Shown here: positions 19,012 through 26,939 of the stretch, piece after piece | Position numbering within the stretch: the first letter of the stretch is position 1 | Layout of the letters: each line of letters starts with the position of its first letter | Notes under the pieces: generated by a model | Databases searched by the model: none | What the model saw: the letters and a program-made list of their open reading frames with translations, nothing else | Told to the model about the DNA's origin: nothing | From: Vulcanimicrobiota bacterium | Lineage (GTDB): Bacteria > Vulcanimicrobiota > Vulcanimicrobiia > Vulcanimicrobiales > Vulcanimicrobiaceae | Direction of reading: 5' to 3' | DNA length: 46,436 nt | Assembly (NCBI GenBank): GCA_041690835.1 | Contig: JBEPVY010000001.1 | Coordinates: forward strand, 1 to 46,436 | Translations under genes and position numbers: made by a program

Positions 19012-20294
19012 TATGCGTGTGCCAGTTCCATGACGCGAGGGTCGGTGATGATGCCGGTGAGGGCGGATGCCGCGCAGGTCGCGGGCGACGCGAGGTAGAC
19101 TTCGGCGGTGGGCGAGCCCATCCGGCCGACGTAGTTACGGTTGGTCGTCGAGAGGCAGCGCTCGCCGTCGCCGAGCGTGCCCATATGGCCGCCGAAGCAG
19201 GCGCCGCAGCCGGGCGTATTGACGATGCAACCGGCCGATGCGAGGATCGTGAGGATGCCCTCTTGGGCGGCCTGCATCCAGACCTTCTGCGAGCCCGGGT
19301 TGATGATCACGCGCAGGCGCGATGCGATCTTCTTGCCGTCCAGGATCTTCGCGACCACGCGCAGATCTTCGATGTAGCCGTTGGTGCACGAGCCGATGAA
19401 GACCTGATCGAGCGGGATATCGTCGCGGGTGACGTCCGAGACGCCGTGCACGTTGTCGGGCGTGTGCGGACAGGCGATCTGCGGCTCGAGGTTGCCGACA
19501 TCGATCTTGACGATCCGCTCGTAGACCGCATCCGCATCCGAAGCCTCGACGATGAACTTGCGATCGGTGCGTTCTTGGACGTACGCGATCGCCTTGGCAT
19601 CGGCGTGGAAGATGCCGTTCTTGGCGCCGGCTTCGATCGCCATGTTGGCCATGGTGGTGCGACCGGTGATCGAGAGCGCATCGACCGTCGTGCCGTGGTA
19701 CTCGATCGCACGATAGGTCGCGCCGTCGATACCGAGCGTGCCGACCGTCTTGAGCATGATGTCCTTGGCCGAGACCATCTCGCCGAGCTGACCGTCGTAG
19801 ACGATCTTGATGGTTGACGGGACCTTGATCCAGACCTCGCCGAGGATGAACGCGGCCGCGATGTCGGTCGACCCCATGCCGGTCGCGAACGCGCCGAGCG
19901 CGCCGTACGTACACGTGTGGGAGTCGCCGCCGACGATCAACTCGCCGGGCGCGATCAGACCTTCTTCGGGGAGCACGACGTGCTCGATCCCGCCCCGTCC
20001 GACGTCGAAGAAGTGTTCGATCTTCTGATCGATGGCGAAGTCTTTCATCAACTTCGCGATCTTGGCCGACTGCACGTCCTTGGCCGGGACGAAGTGGTCT
20101 TCGACGAGCGCGATCTTGGACGGATCGAAGACGCGGTCGGCACCCTTGATCTGGCGCATGACGCCGATCGAGACGGCTGCCGAGAGCTCGTTGGCGAGCA
20201 CCAGGTCGACTTTGGCGTTGATGATCTGCCCGGGTTCGACGCGGTCGAGGCCGGCGTGGCGTGCGAGGATCTTTTCGGTGAGCGTCATTCCCAT
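19011..20294 (-). CDS. leuC: 3-isopropylmalate (or homoaconitate) dehydratase large subunit, type 2
   Basis: MGMTLTEKILARHAG...VDLVLANE...GGDSHTCTYGALGAFATGMGSTD...IGSCTNG...PGCGACFG (aconitase-family Fe-S cluster cysteines). I chose the start at ATG 20294, or possibly 20288. The track extension to 20417 is non-homologous. Confidence 0.9.
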   Translation of the reverse strand: MGMTLTEKILARHAGLDRVEPGQIINAKVDLVLANELSAAVSIGVMRQIKGADRVFDPSKIALVEDHFVPAKDVQSAKIAKLMKDFAIDQKIEHFFDVGRGGIEHVVLPEEGLIAPGELIVGGDSHTCTYGALGAFATGMGSTDIAAAFILGEVWIKVPSTIKIVYDGQLGEMVSAKDIMLKTVGTLGIDGATYRAIEYHGTTVDALSITGRTTMANMAIEAGAKNGIFHADAKAIAYVQERTDRKFIVEASDADAVYERIVKIDVGNLEPQIACPHTPDNVHGVSDVTRDDIPLDQVFIGSCTNGYIEDLRVVAKILDGKKIASRLRVIINPGSQKVWMQAAQEGILTILASAGCIVNTPGCGACFGGHMGTLGDGERCLSTTNRNYVGRMGSPTAEVYLASPATCAASALTGIITDPRVMELAHA

Positions 20295-20328
20295 GATGGT
20301 GGAGTTACTGCGGCGAAGGAACGGACTC

Positions 20329-21582
20329 ATGCAAGACCGCTCTTTCGGCTTTGCGACCCGGGCCATCCATGCCGGGACGCCGCCCGACCCCGTCACCGGC
20401 TCGCGCGTCGCGCCCATCTATCAGACTGCGTCTTTTGTCTTCGGCTCGACCGAGCAAGCCGCCGAGCTCTTCCAGCTCCGCTCGTACGGCCATATCTACA
20501 GCCGGATCAGCAACCCGACCGTCGCCGCGTTCGAGGAACGGATGGCCTCGCTCGAGGGCGGGCTGGGTGCGGTCGCGTTCGCGAGCGGCCTGGCCGCCCA
20601 GCTCTGTACCGTGCTCTCGCTCGCTCAGAGCGGCGACCACATCGTCTCCTCGCAGAACATCTATGGGGGCACGGTCACCCAGTTCTCGATCACCCTCAAA
20701 CGGATGGGGATCGAGACGACCTTCGTGCCGGTCGACGACTACGCGGCCATCGCCGCCGCGATCCGGCCGAACACGCGCCTGCTCTTCGCCGAGACGATCG
20801 GTAACCCGTCCGGGACGATCGCGGACCTGCGCAAGCTCGCCGACGTCGCGCACGAAGGCGGCATCCCGCTGGTGGTCGACAACACGTTCGCATCGCCGTA
20901 CCTGGTCCGGCCGATCGAGCACGGCGCCGACCTGGTGGTCCACTCGGCGACCAAGTTCATCTCCGGCCACGGCACCGTCATCGGCGGCGTGCTGATCGAC
21001 GCGGGTGTCTTCCCGTGGGAGAACGGCCGCTTTCCGCTCCTCTCGGAACCGAGCCCCGGCTACCATCAGAAGATCTTCACCGAGACGTTCGGCGAGTACG
21101 CGTTTCTTATGCGGGCACGCGCCGAAGTATTGCGCGATGTCGGCGCCCAGATGTCTCCGATGGATGCCTGGCTGCTCTTGCTCGGCCTCGAGACGCTGCC
21201 GCTTCGCATTCGCGAACACGCGCGCAACACCGAAGCGATCGTCGCGTTCCTCAAGGGCCGGCCCGAGGTCGCTTGGATCAAGCCCCCCGAGATGGGATCG
21301 ATCTTCACGTTCGGCATCGTCGGCGGGCGCGACGCCGGCCGGCGCTTCATCGATGCGCTCGAACTCTGGAGCCACCTTGCCAACGTCGGTGACGCCAAGT
21401 CGCTCGTCATCCACCCCGCCAGCACCACCCACTCGCAACTCTCGGACGACGAGATGCGCAACGGCGGCGTCGAACCCGAAGCCGTCCGCCTTAGCGTCGG
21501 CCTAGAGGACGTCGACGACCTCATCTGGGACCTGGACAACGCGCTCAAAGCCGCGTGCGTCGCAGAAACGGTGGAAGCGTGA
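20329..21582 (+). CDS. metY: O-acetylhomoserine/O-acetylserine sulfhydrylase (PLP-dependent, Cys/Met metabolism family)
   Basis: The internal ATG at 20329 (AAGGA 9 nt upstream) gives MQDRSFGFATRAIHAG...APIYQTASFVF...YSRISNPT...VVDNTFASPYLVRPIEHGADLVVHSATKFISGHG (PLP lysine in SATK)...VIHPASTTH. The 99-aa track extension is antisense shadow of leuC. Confidence 0.9.
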   Translation: MQDRSFGFATRAIHAGTPPDPVTGSRVAPIYQTASFVFGSTEQAAELFQLRSYGHIYSRISNPTVAAFEERMASLEGGLGAVAFASGLAAQLCTVLSLAQSGDHIVSSQNIYGGTVTQFSITLKRMGIETTFVPVDDYAAIAAAIRPNTRLLFAETIGNPSGTIADLRKLADVAHEGGIPLVVDNTFASPYLVRPIEHGADLVVHSATKFISGHGTVIGGVLIDAGVFPWENGRFPLLSEPSPGYHQKIFTETFGEYAFLMRARAEVLRDVGAQMSPMDAWLLLLGLETLPLRIREHARNTEAIVAFLKGRPEVAWIKPPEMGSIFTFGIVGGRDAGRRFIDALELWSHLANVGDAKSLVIHPASTTHSQLSDDEMRNGGVEPEAVRLSVGLEDVDDLIWDLDNALKAACVAETVEA

Positions 21583-21603
21583 CCCGCATCGTGAAGGGCC
21601 AAG

Positions 21604-21651
21604 CCCTTGTTGTAACGACGCGCCCCTCCCCTGTTGTAACGACGCGCCCCT
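21604..21651. repeat. Tandem duplication, 2 x 24 nt
   Basis: CCCTTGTTGTAACGACGCGCCCCT (21604-21627) and CCCCTGTTGTAACGACGCGCCCCT (21628-21651) match at 23/24 positions. They lie immediately 5' of the inverted-repeat element. Confidence 0.9.
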
Positions 21652-21656
21652 TCGCT

Positions 21657-21755
21657 GTCATCCCGAGCGTAGCGAAGCGTAGTCGAGGGACGACTCGAGG
21701 CGGTTGCGTTGTGGAGGTCCCTCGACTACGCGCTTCGCGCTACGCTCGGGATGAC
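21657..21755. repeat. Inverted pair of the 35/39-nt REP/MITE-like unit (long imperfect hairpin)
   Basis: The left arm (21657-21691) is GTCATCCCGAGCGTAGCGAAGCGTAGTCGAGGGAC. The right arm (21717-21755) is GTCCCTCGACTACGCGCTTCGCGCTACGCTCGGGATGAC. They are complementary except for two 2-nt bulges, with a 25-nt loop. The element is intergenic, between metY and the CoA-binding protein gene. Confidence 0.9.
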
Positions 21756-21787
21756 AAAGAAGGTCGCTTCGCTCCGGAAGACAAGGC

Positions 21788-22267
21788 ATGATCCTCAACA
21801 CCGTCTCCCAGCGGCGCGACTTGCTCGACCGTTCTAAAACGATCGCGTTGGTCGGCGCGTCGGGGAATCCGATGCGGCCGAGCTACACGGTCTTCTCTTA
21901 TCTCCGCACGCGCACGCGCTATCAGGTAACGCCGATCAATCCGACGATCGCGGCGATCGACGGCGTGACGGCGTTCCCGTCGCTCACGGCCTACGCCGCG
22001 GTACACGGCGCGCCGGATATCGTGGATGTCTTCCGCAAGCCGAGCGAAGTGCTCGCGGTCGTCGATGAGGCGATCGCGGTCGGCGCCAAGGCGATCTGGT
22101 TCCAGTACGGGGTCATCAACGACGAAGCGATCGCGCGCGCCGATGCGGCCGGACTCGAGGTCGTCGTGGATCGCTGTCTCAAGGTCGAGTCGGCACGGTT
22201 CGACGGCGGACTCTCGACCAGCGGTCTGAACAGCGGGCTCATCACCAGCCGGCGCCGTGTCATATAA
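21788..22267 (+). CDS. CoA-binding domain protein (YccU-like)
   Basis: 159 aa. LLDRSKTIALVGASGNPMRPSYTVFSYL...YQVTPINP...VDVFRKPSEVLAVVDEAIAVGAKAIWFQYGVINDEA. This is the typical single-domain CoA-binding (succinyl-CoA-synthetase-alpha-like) protein. Confidence 0.85.
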   Translation: MILNTVSQRRDLLDRSKTIALVGASGNPMRPSYTVFSYLRTRTRYQVTPINPTIAAIDGVTAFPSLTAYAAVHGAPDIVDVFRKPSEVLAVVDEAIAVGAKAIWFQYGVINDEAIARADAAGLEVVVDRCLKVESARFDGGLSTSGLNSGLITSRRRVI

Positions 22268-23354
22268 CCGCGAGACCGCCGAACTCGACGCCGAGATCCT
22301 CGGCGTCATCGGCAAGTGGCACAAGCGCGATCGCGACCTCGGCGAGGCCGAGTTCGAGGATCTCGCCCAACGTATCTTCGCCTACCAGCTGCGCTACGAC
22401 GAACCGTACACGCGTTACTGTGCCTCGCTCGGCGTCACGCCGCACGCACTCCCCGCGACCTGGCGCGACATCCCGGCCGTACCGACCGGTGCGTTCAAAG
22501 AGGCGACCCTGGCGACGTTCGATCCGGAGCGCGCCGTGCTCGCCTTCGAGACGAGCGGGACGACCAAGGGCGTCGGCGGCCGACACTTCATGGACACGCG
22601 CGCACTCTACGACGGATCGCTCCTGGCCGGCTTCGATCGCTTCATGCTTGCCGACCTCGATGGCGGGAAGCGCCTGCGCTACTTCAACTTCGTGCCGAAC
22701 CCGGCCGATCGGCCGCAGTCCTCGCTCGGGTACATGATGGGGCGCGTCTGCGCGGAGCGCGGCGACGGTCAGACCGGTTGGTATCTGCGCGGCGACGATC
22801 TCTTCGTCGAGGCGTTCCTAGCCGACGCGAAAGCGGCGATCGCCGATGGCGCCCCCGTCTGCATCGCGGGCACGGCATTCGCCTTCGTCCAGCTCTGCGA
22901 CGAGCTTGCCAAGCGCGAGATCGCGCTTGCGTTCGCGCCGGGTTCCCGCGTGATGGAGACCGGCGGTTTCAAGGGCCGCAGCCGAGTCGTCACCCGCGAC
23001 CAGCTCTACGCATCGATCGGCGCGTGTTTCGGCATCCCCGCCGAACGCATCGTCGCCGAATACTCGATGACCGAACTCTCCTCGCAGTGGTACGACACCG
23101 GTCCGACCCGCGTCAAACATGCGCCGCCGTGGCTTCGCGCGAAGGTCGTGGCAGCGGACGGCAAGCTCGTACCGGACGGCATCGTCGGCGCGCTCGTGCA
23201 CGTGGATCTCGCCAATCGTGGCTCGTGCATCGCGGTCCAGACCGAAGATCTCGGCGCGATCGTCGACGGCGGGATCGTCTTGATCGGGCGCGAGCATGGC
23301 GCGGAACTGCGCGGCTGTTCGCTCGATGCCGAAGCGTTGCGCACGACCCGATGA
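22257..23354 (+). CDS. LuxE-like acyl-protein synthetase (ANL superfamily)
   Basis: 365 aa with a GTG start that overlaps the upstream gene by 11 nt. Motifs seen: RIFAYQLRYDEPYTRYCASLGV, FETSGTTKGVGGRHF (ANL P-loop-like), METGGFKGRSR, EYSMTELSSQ, and a C-terminal ELRGCSL (Cys354, 23316-23318). The pattern matches the LuxE family as I know it. Confidence 0.8.
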   Translation: MSYNRETAELDAEILGVIGKWHKRDRDLGEAEFEDLAQRIFAYQLRYDEPYTRYCASLGVTPHALPATWRDIPAVPTGAFKEATLATFDPERAVLAFETSGTTKGVGGRHFMDTRALYDGSLLAGFDRFMLADLDGGKRLRYFNFVPNPADRPQSSLGYMMGRVCAERGDGQTGWYLRGDDLFVEAFLADAKAAIADGAPVCIAGTAFAFVQLCDELAKREIALAFAPGSRVMETGGFKGRSRVVTRDQLYASIGACFGIPAERIVAEYSMTELSSQWYDTGPTRVKHAPPWLRAKVVAADGKLVPDGIVGALVHVDLANRGSCIAVQTEDLGAIVDGGIVLIGREHGAELRGCSLDAEALRTTR

Positions 23355-24577
23355 ACGGAACCCTGGCCGACGTTCCGGTCCGCGCCATCCTGCGCGGACT
23401 CGCCGACGCCGCCAAGCGCTGGGCCGACGCCGACTTCCCGCCGCGCGTACGAGTGCTCGAAGCCATCGTCGCCCGGACCGGCTACACGCTCCCGGTCGTC
23501 GAGTACGCACTCGACCGGCTCTTCGAGACCATCACCGAACCCGCACTGACGGCGACCATCGTCTCTGAACTCGGCTCGCTCGATGCGCTCGACGGCTTCG
23601 TCGCCCGCAAAGGGCGCTCGCCGGCGCGCGCACTCCCGGTCGGACCGGTCTGCGTCGTCTCGAGCCGCACCACCATCGGGGTCGCGATTCCGGCGGCCGT
23701 CTTCGCGCTCTGCGCCAAGTGCGATGTGGTGGTGAAAGACCGTGAGGATCGCCTCGTCTCGGCCTTCTTCGCCTCGCTCGTACAGGAGCACGATGCATTT
23801 GGAACCGCCGCGCGGGCCGAGACCTGGAGCGGCTCGCACGATGCGCGCGATCTCTCCACATTCGCAAGCGTCGTGGCGTACGGGCGGAACGATACCCTCG
23901 CAGAGATCCGCGCCGCCTGCGCTCCCGAAGCGCGCTTCACCGGTTTCGGCGCACGCGCGAGCATCGGCTACATCCCACGCGAAGCACTCGTCGACGATCG
24001 CGCCGCCGCCGCGCTGGCCGAAGGTGCCGCTCGAGATCTCGTGCTCTACGAATCGGAAGGCTGCCTCTCGCTGCATGCGCTCTTCGTCGAGCGCGGCGGA
24101 CACATCGTGCCCGACCGGTTCGCCTTGCTCCTCGCGGAGGCGCTCGAACGCGCCCACGTCGAGTTCCCTCCCGGCGAGCGCGGTGCCGGAGCATCGGCCC
24201 GCTTGGGCAGCGCTCGTGCCCTCGCCGCCTTCCGCGCCGCCGGCGGTGCCGGCACCGTCTACGGTGACGGGTCGGCGCGCCATCTGCTCGTCCTCGATCC
24301 GCCCGCAAGCGATCCGCCCCTGCTATTGCCGCGAGCGCTCAACCTCCACATCGTCGATGCTCCGGTAGAGGTCATAGCCTACCTCAAGCGTCACGGCATC
24401 GCCGTTGAGGCGTTGGCCACGAGCGGAAAGCGCGAGGATGTCGTGAAGATGGCGGTCGATGCAGGTGCCGCCCGGATCGCGACCTTCGGTGCGCTCCAGT
24501 CACCGCTGATGGAAGGGAATCACGGCGGACGCCTGCGCGTTGCCGACTATATCCGATGGATGACCGACGACAGATGA
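23351..24577 (+). CDS. LuxC-like acyl-CoA (fatty acyl) reductase
   Basis: The ATG at 23351 forms an ATGA overlap with the luxE-like stop. 408 aa. AILRGLADAAKRWADADFPPRVRVLEAIVARTGYTLPVVEYALDRLFETITEPALTATIVSELGSLDALDGF... follows the LuxC N-terminal pattern. The candidate catalytic Cys is in YESEGCLSLH (Cys238, 24062-24064). The upstream 345 codons of track ORF 22316..24577 are an out-of-frame shadow. Confidence 0.8.
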   Translation: MNGTLADVPVRAILRGLADAAKRWADADFPPRVRVLEAIVARTGYTLPVVEYALDRLFETITEPALTATIVSELGSLDALDGFVARKGRSPARALPVGPVCVVSSRTTIGVAIPAAVFALCAKCDVVVKDREDRLVSAFFASLVQEHDAFGTAARAETWSGSHDARDLSTFASVVAYGRNDTLAEIRAACAPEARFTGFGARASIGYIPREALVDDRAAAALAEGAARDLVLYESEGCLSLHALFVERGGHIVPDRFALLLAEALERAHVEFPPGERGAGASARLGSARALAAFRAAGGAGTVYGDGSARHLLVLDPPASDPPLLLPRALNLHIVDAPVEVIAYLKRHGIAVEALATSGKREDVVKMAVDAGAARIATFGALQSPLMEGNHGGRLRVADYIRWMTDDR

Positions 24578-25896
24578 CCGACGACGACTTCGAGGATCTG
24601 CGCGGTCCGGTGCCGGGCGCGCGCACGCGCGAACTGACGCCGAGCCTGCGCGCGCGCGAGTCGCACAACGTGACCTTCTTCTCCGAGCGCTTTCCGATCT
24701 TCTGGGAGTCGGCGCTCGGCGCGACCGTCACCGACGTCGACGGCAATCGCTACATCGATCTGACCTCCGCCTTTGGCGTCGCCAACGTCGGCCATTCCAA
24801 TCCGTACGTCGTCTCGACGATCGCGGATCAAGCCTCGCGCTTGATGCACGGCATGGGCGACGTCCACCCGACCGAGGTCAAAGCCAAGCTCTTCGACCGG
24901 CTCGCGCAGCTCTTGCCGGCCGAACTCGACAAGGTCTTCCTCGCGACGACCGGCTCCGAGGCCGTCGAGGCGGCGCTCAAGACCGCCATGGTCGCGACCG
25001 GCAAGCACGCCTTTGCGTACTATCGCGGCGCCTATCACGGTCTCTCGCTCGGAACGCTCGGCATCTCCGGCATCGAGAAGTTCCGCGCACCGTTCGCCGG
25101 TGCGATCGCGGGCGACGCGAACGTCGAGTTGACGTACCCGGGCCACTTCGGCGACGACGCTTCCTCTGCCGAGACCGCGATCGCGCGCACCCGCAAGGAG
25201 CTGGGCGCGCGCACCGACCTCGCCGCGCTGATCGTCGAGCCGATCCAAGGACGCGGCGGCACGATCGTTCCGCCGGCCGGCTATCTGGCCGCGCTACGCA
25301 CGCTCTGCGACGAACGCGGCATCCTCTTGATCTTCGATGAGATCTACACCGGCTTCGGCCGGACCGGCACGTGGTTCGCCTTCGAACGCGAGAAGGTCGT
25401 ACCGGATATTCTCTGCATCGGCAAGGCGATGGGCGGCGGCTTCCCGATCAGCGCGGCGATCGCGCGCGAAAAGATCATGGACGCCTGGCCCGTCTCACGC
25501 GGTGAAGCCTTGCATACCTCCACGTACCTCGGGAACCCGATGGGCTGCGCTGCCGCGCTCTCGACCATCGACGAACTCGATCGCCTAGAACTTCCGGCCA
25601 TCGCGGACAGGCTCGGGCACGAACTGGGCGGGCGACTCGAAGAGTTGCGTTCGCATACGATCGTGCGCGCGATCCGCGGACGCGGACTGCTCTGGGGCAT
25701 CGATTTTCCGGACGCGGCATCGGCCGAGATGGTTGTGGTCGAAGGGCTCGCGCGCGGCGTGATCGCGCTACAGGCCGGCCCCGAAGGCAACGTCGTCCAG
25801 ATCGCGCCACCGCTGGTCATCACCAAACGTCAACTCTATCGAGCGATCGACATCCTCGAATCCATCATCGTTACGCTAACGGGGAACTCAAAGTGA
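24574..25896 (+). CDS. Class-III (omega) PLP-dependent aminotransferase (GABA/acetylornithine-AT-like)
   Basis: The ATG at 24574 forms an ATGA overlap. Motifs seen: DVDGNRYIDLTSAFGVANVGHSNP, ATTGSEAVEAALK, IVEPIQGRGG, LIFDEIYTGFGRTG, and CIGKAMGGGFP (PLP Lys284, 25423-25425). Confidence 0.88.
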   Translation: MTDDDFEDLRGPVPGARTRELTPSLRARESHNVTFFSERFPIFWESALGATVTDVDGNRYIDLTSAFGVANVGHSNPYVVSTIADQASRLMHGMGDVHPTEVKAKLFDRLAQLLPAELDKVFLATTGSEAVEAALKTAMVATGKHAFAYYRGAYHGLSLGTLGISGIEKFRAPFAGAIAGDANVELTYPGHFGDDASSAETAIARTRKELGARTDLAALIVEPIQGRGGTIVPPAGYLAALRTLCDERGILLIFDEIYTGFGRTGTWFAFEREKVVPDILCIGKAMGGGFPISAAIAREKIMDAWPVSRGEALHTSTYLGNPMGCAAALSTIDELDRLELPAIADRLGHELGGRLEELRSHTIVRAIRGRGLLWGIDFPDAASAEMVVVEGLARGVIALQAGPEGNVVQIAPPLVITKRQLYRAIDILESIIVTLTGNSK

Positions 25897-26921
25897 GCGA
25901 AGTCTACAAGATCGGCCTGGTCGGAAGCGGCTTCGGCCTCAAGGCCCATCTCCCGGCGCTGGCCGCGCACCCGCGCTTCGAGTGCGTCGCGCTCGCCTCG
26001 CCGAACAGTGCGGGCGCCGCGGCTGCCGAACGCGGCATCCCGCATGCGTTCGCTTCGTGCGACGAGATGCTCGCGAGCGGTATCGCCCTCGACGGCGTGA
26101 TCGTCGCCTCGCCGCCGTTCGCCCACCGCGACGCGGTGTTGGCGACGCTCGAGCGAGATCTCCACGTCCTCTGCGAAAAGCCGTTCGCCCTCGATCTCGC
26201 CGACGCCGAGACGATGCTCGCTGCATCCAAGCAGTCGAAGGCCGCCGCGGGAGTCGTCCACGAGTTCCGCTGGGTGCCGCAGCGTCTCGCGATCAAGGAG
26301 CTCGTCGCCAACGGGCACCTCGCGCCGATGCGCGAGATCGAGATGACGCACCTGATGGGCTTTCTCCGTTTGGATGGCCGTCGTAAACGCGGATGGTGGT
26401 TCGAGAAAGCCCGCGGCGGCGGGATGGCCGGCGCCCTGCTCTCGCACATGATCGACAGCGTCACCTGGATCGCCGGACGTCCGCCCAAGAGCGCGACCGG
26501 CATGCTGCGCACCGCCAACCCGAAACGCGAGGACGCGGCCGGTGAGTTCACCACCGACGTCGACGACGGCGCCTTCGCGCTGATCGACTACGGAGACGGA
26601 TTGATCGCGCGCCTGACGCTGGACGGCACCGCCGCCGTCGAACAGTTCACCCTCGCCGCCCATGCCGAGAACCGGACCGCGATCGCCAGCGGTACGAGCA
26701 TGATGGAGCTCTCGCTCTTCAGCGTCGACGACGAGGAGACGAACGAACTCGACTGCAAGCCGTCGCAATACGCCCGCTTCAAAGCGGTCAACCCGCACGT
26801 CCCGATGCTCATGGACCTCTACGACGAGTGGATCGCCCAGATCGAGACGGGCTCGAGCGCGCTCCCGACGTTCGCAGAGGCCGTCGAAACGCAACGCGTG
26901 CTCGCGGCGATCGGCTTCTGA
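25893..26921 (+). CDS. Gfo/Idh/MocA family NAD(P)-dependent oxidoreductase
   Basis: The GTG at 25893 forms a GTGA overlap. YKIGLVGSGFGLKAHLPAL is the Rossmann motif, and LCEKPFAL is the EKP motif of the family. Confidence 0.85.
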   Translation: MSEVYKIGLVGSGFGLKAHLPALAAHPRFECVALASPNSAGAAAAERGIPHAFASCDEMLASGIALDGVIVASPPFAHRDAVLATLERDLHVLCEKPFALDLADAETMLAASKQSKAAAGVVHEFRWVPQRLAIKELVANGHLAPMREIEMTHLMGFLRLDGRRKRGWWFEKARGGGMAGALLSHMIDSVTWIAGRPPKSATGMLRTANPKREDAAGEFTTDVDDGAFALIDYGDGLIARLTLDGTAAVEQFTLAAHAENRTAIASGTSMMELSLFSVDDEETNELDCKPSQYARFKAVNPHVPMLMDLYDEWIAQIETGSSALPTFAEAVETQRVLAAIGF

Positions 26922-26939
26922 CCGGAACTCCGGAGTTGC

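Noticed and set aside
21604-21755. CRISPR array
   Set aside because: There are only two 24-nt direct repeats with no spacer between them. The 35/39-nt units are inverted rather than direct. No cas genes are in the window.
21555-21791. 78-aa ORF (..VVTTRPSPVVTTRPFAVIPSVAKRSRGT..)
   Set aside because: It is purely the translation of the tandem 24-mers and the inverted repeat, so it is not a gene.
22316-23350. N-terminal 345 aa of track ORF 22316..24577
   Set aside because: It is an Arg-rich out-of-frame shadow of the LuxE-like gene. The LuxC-like gene starts at the ATGA junction (23351).
21788-26921. Bioluminescence (lux) operon
   Set aside because: Only LuxC-like and LuxE-like genes are present. 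There is no luxA/luxB luciferase, no luxD acyl-transferase and no luxG/flavin reductase. The partners are an aminotransferase and a Gfo/Idh/MocA enzyme. I treat it as a non-luminous fatty-acid-reductase-type module instead.
26922-26939. Terminator between the converging Gfo/Idh/MocA and phosphatase genes (palindrome AACTCCGGAGTT at 26926-26937)
   Set aside because: The palindrome has no loop, so the usable stem is about 4 bp, and there is no U-tract on either strand. It is too weak to call.
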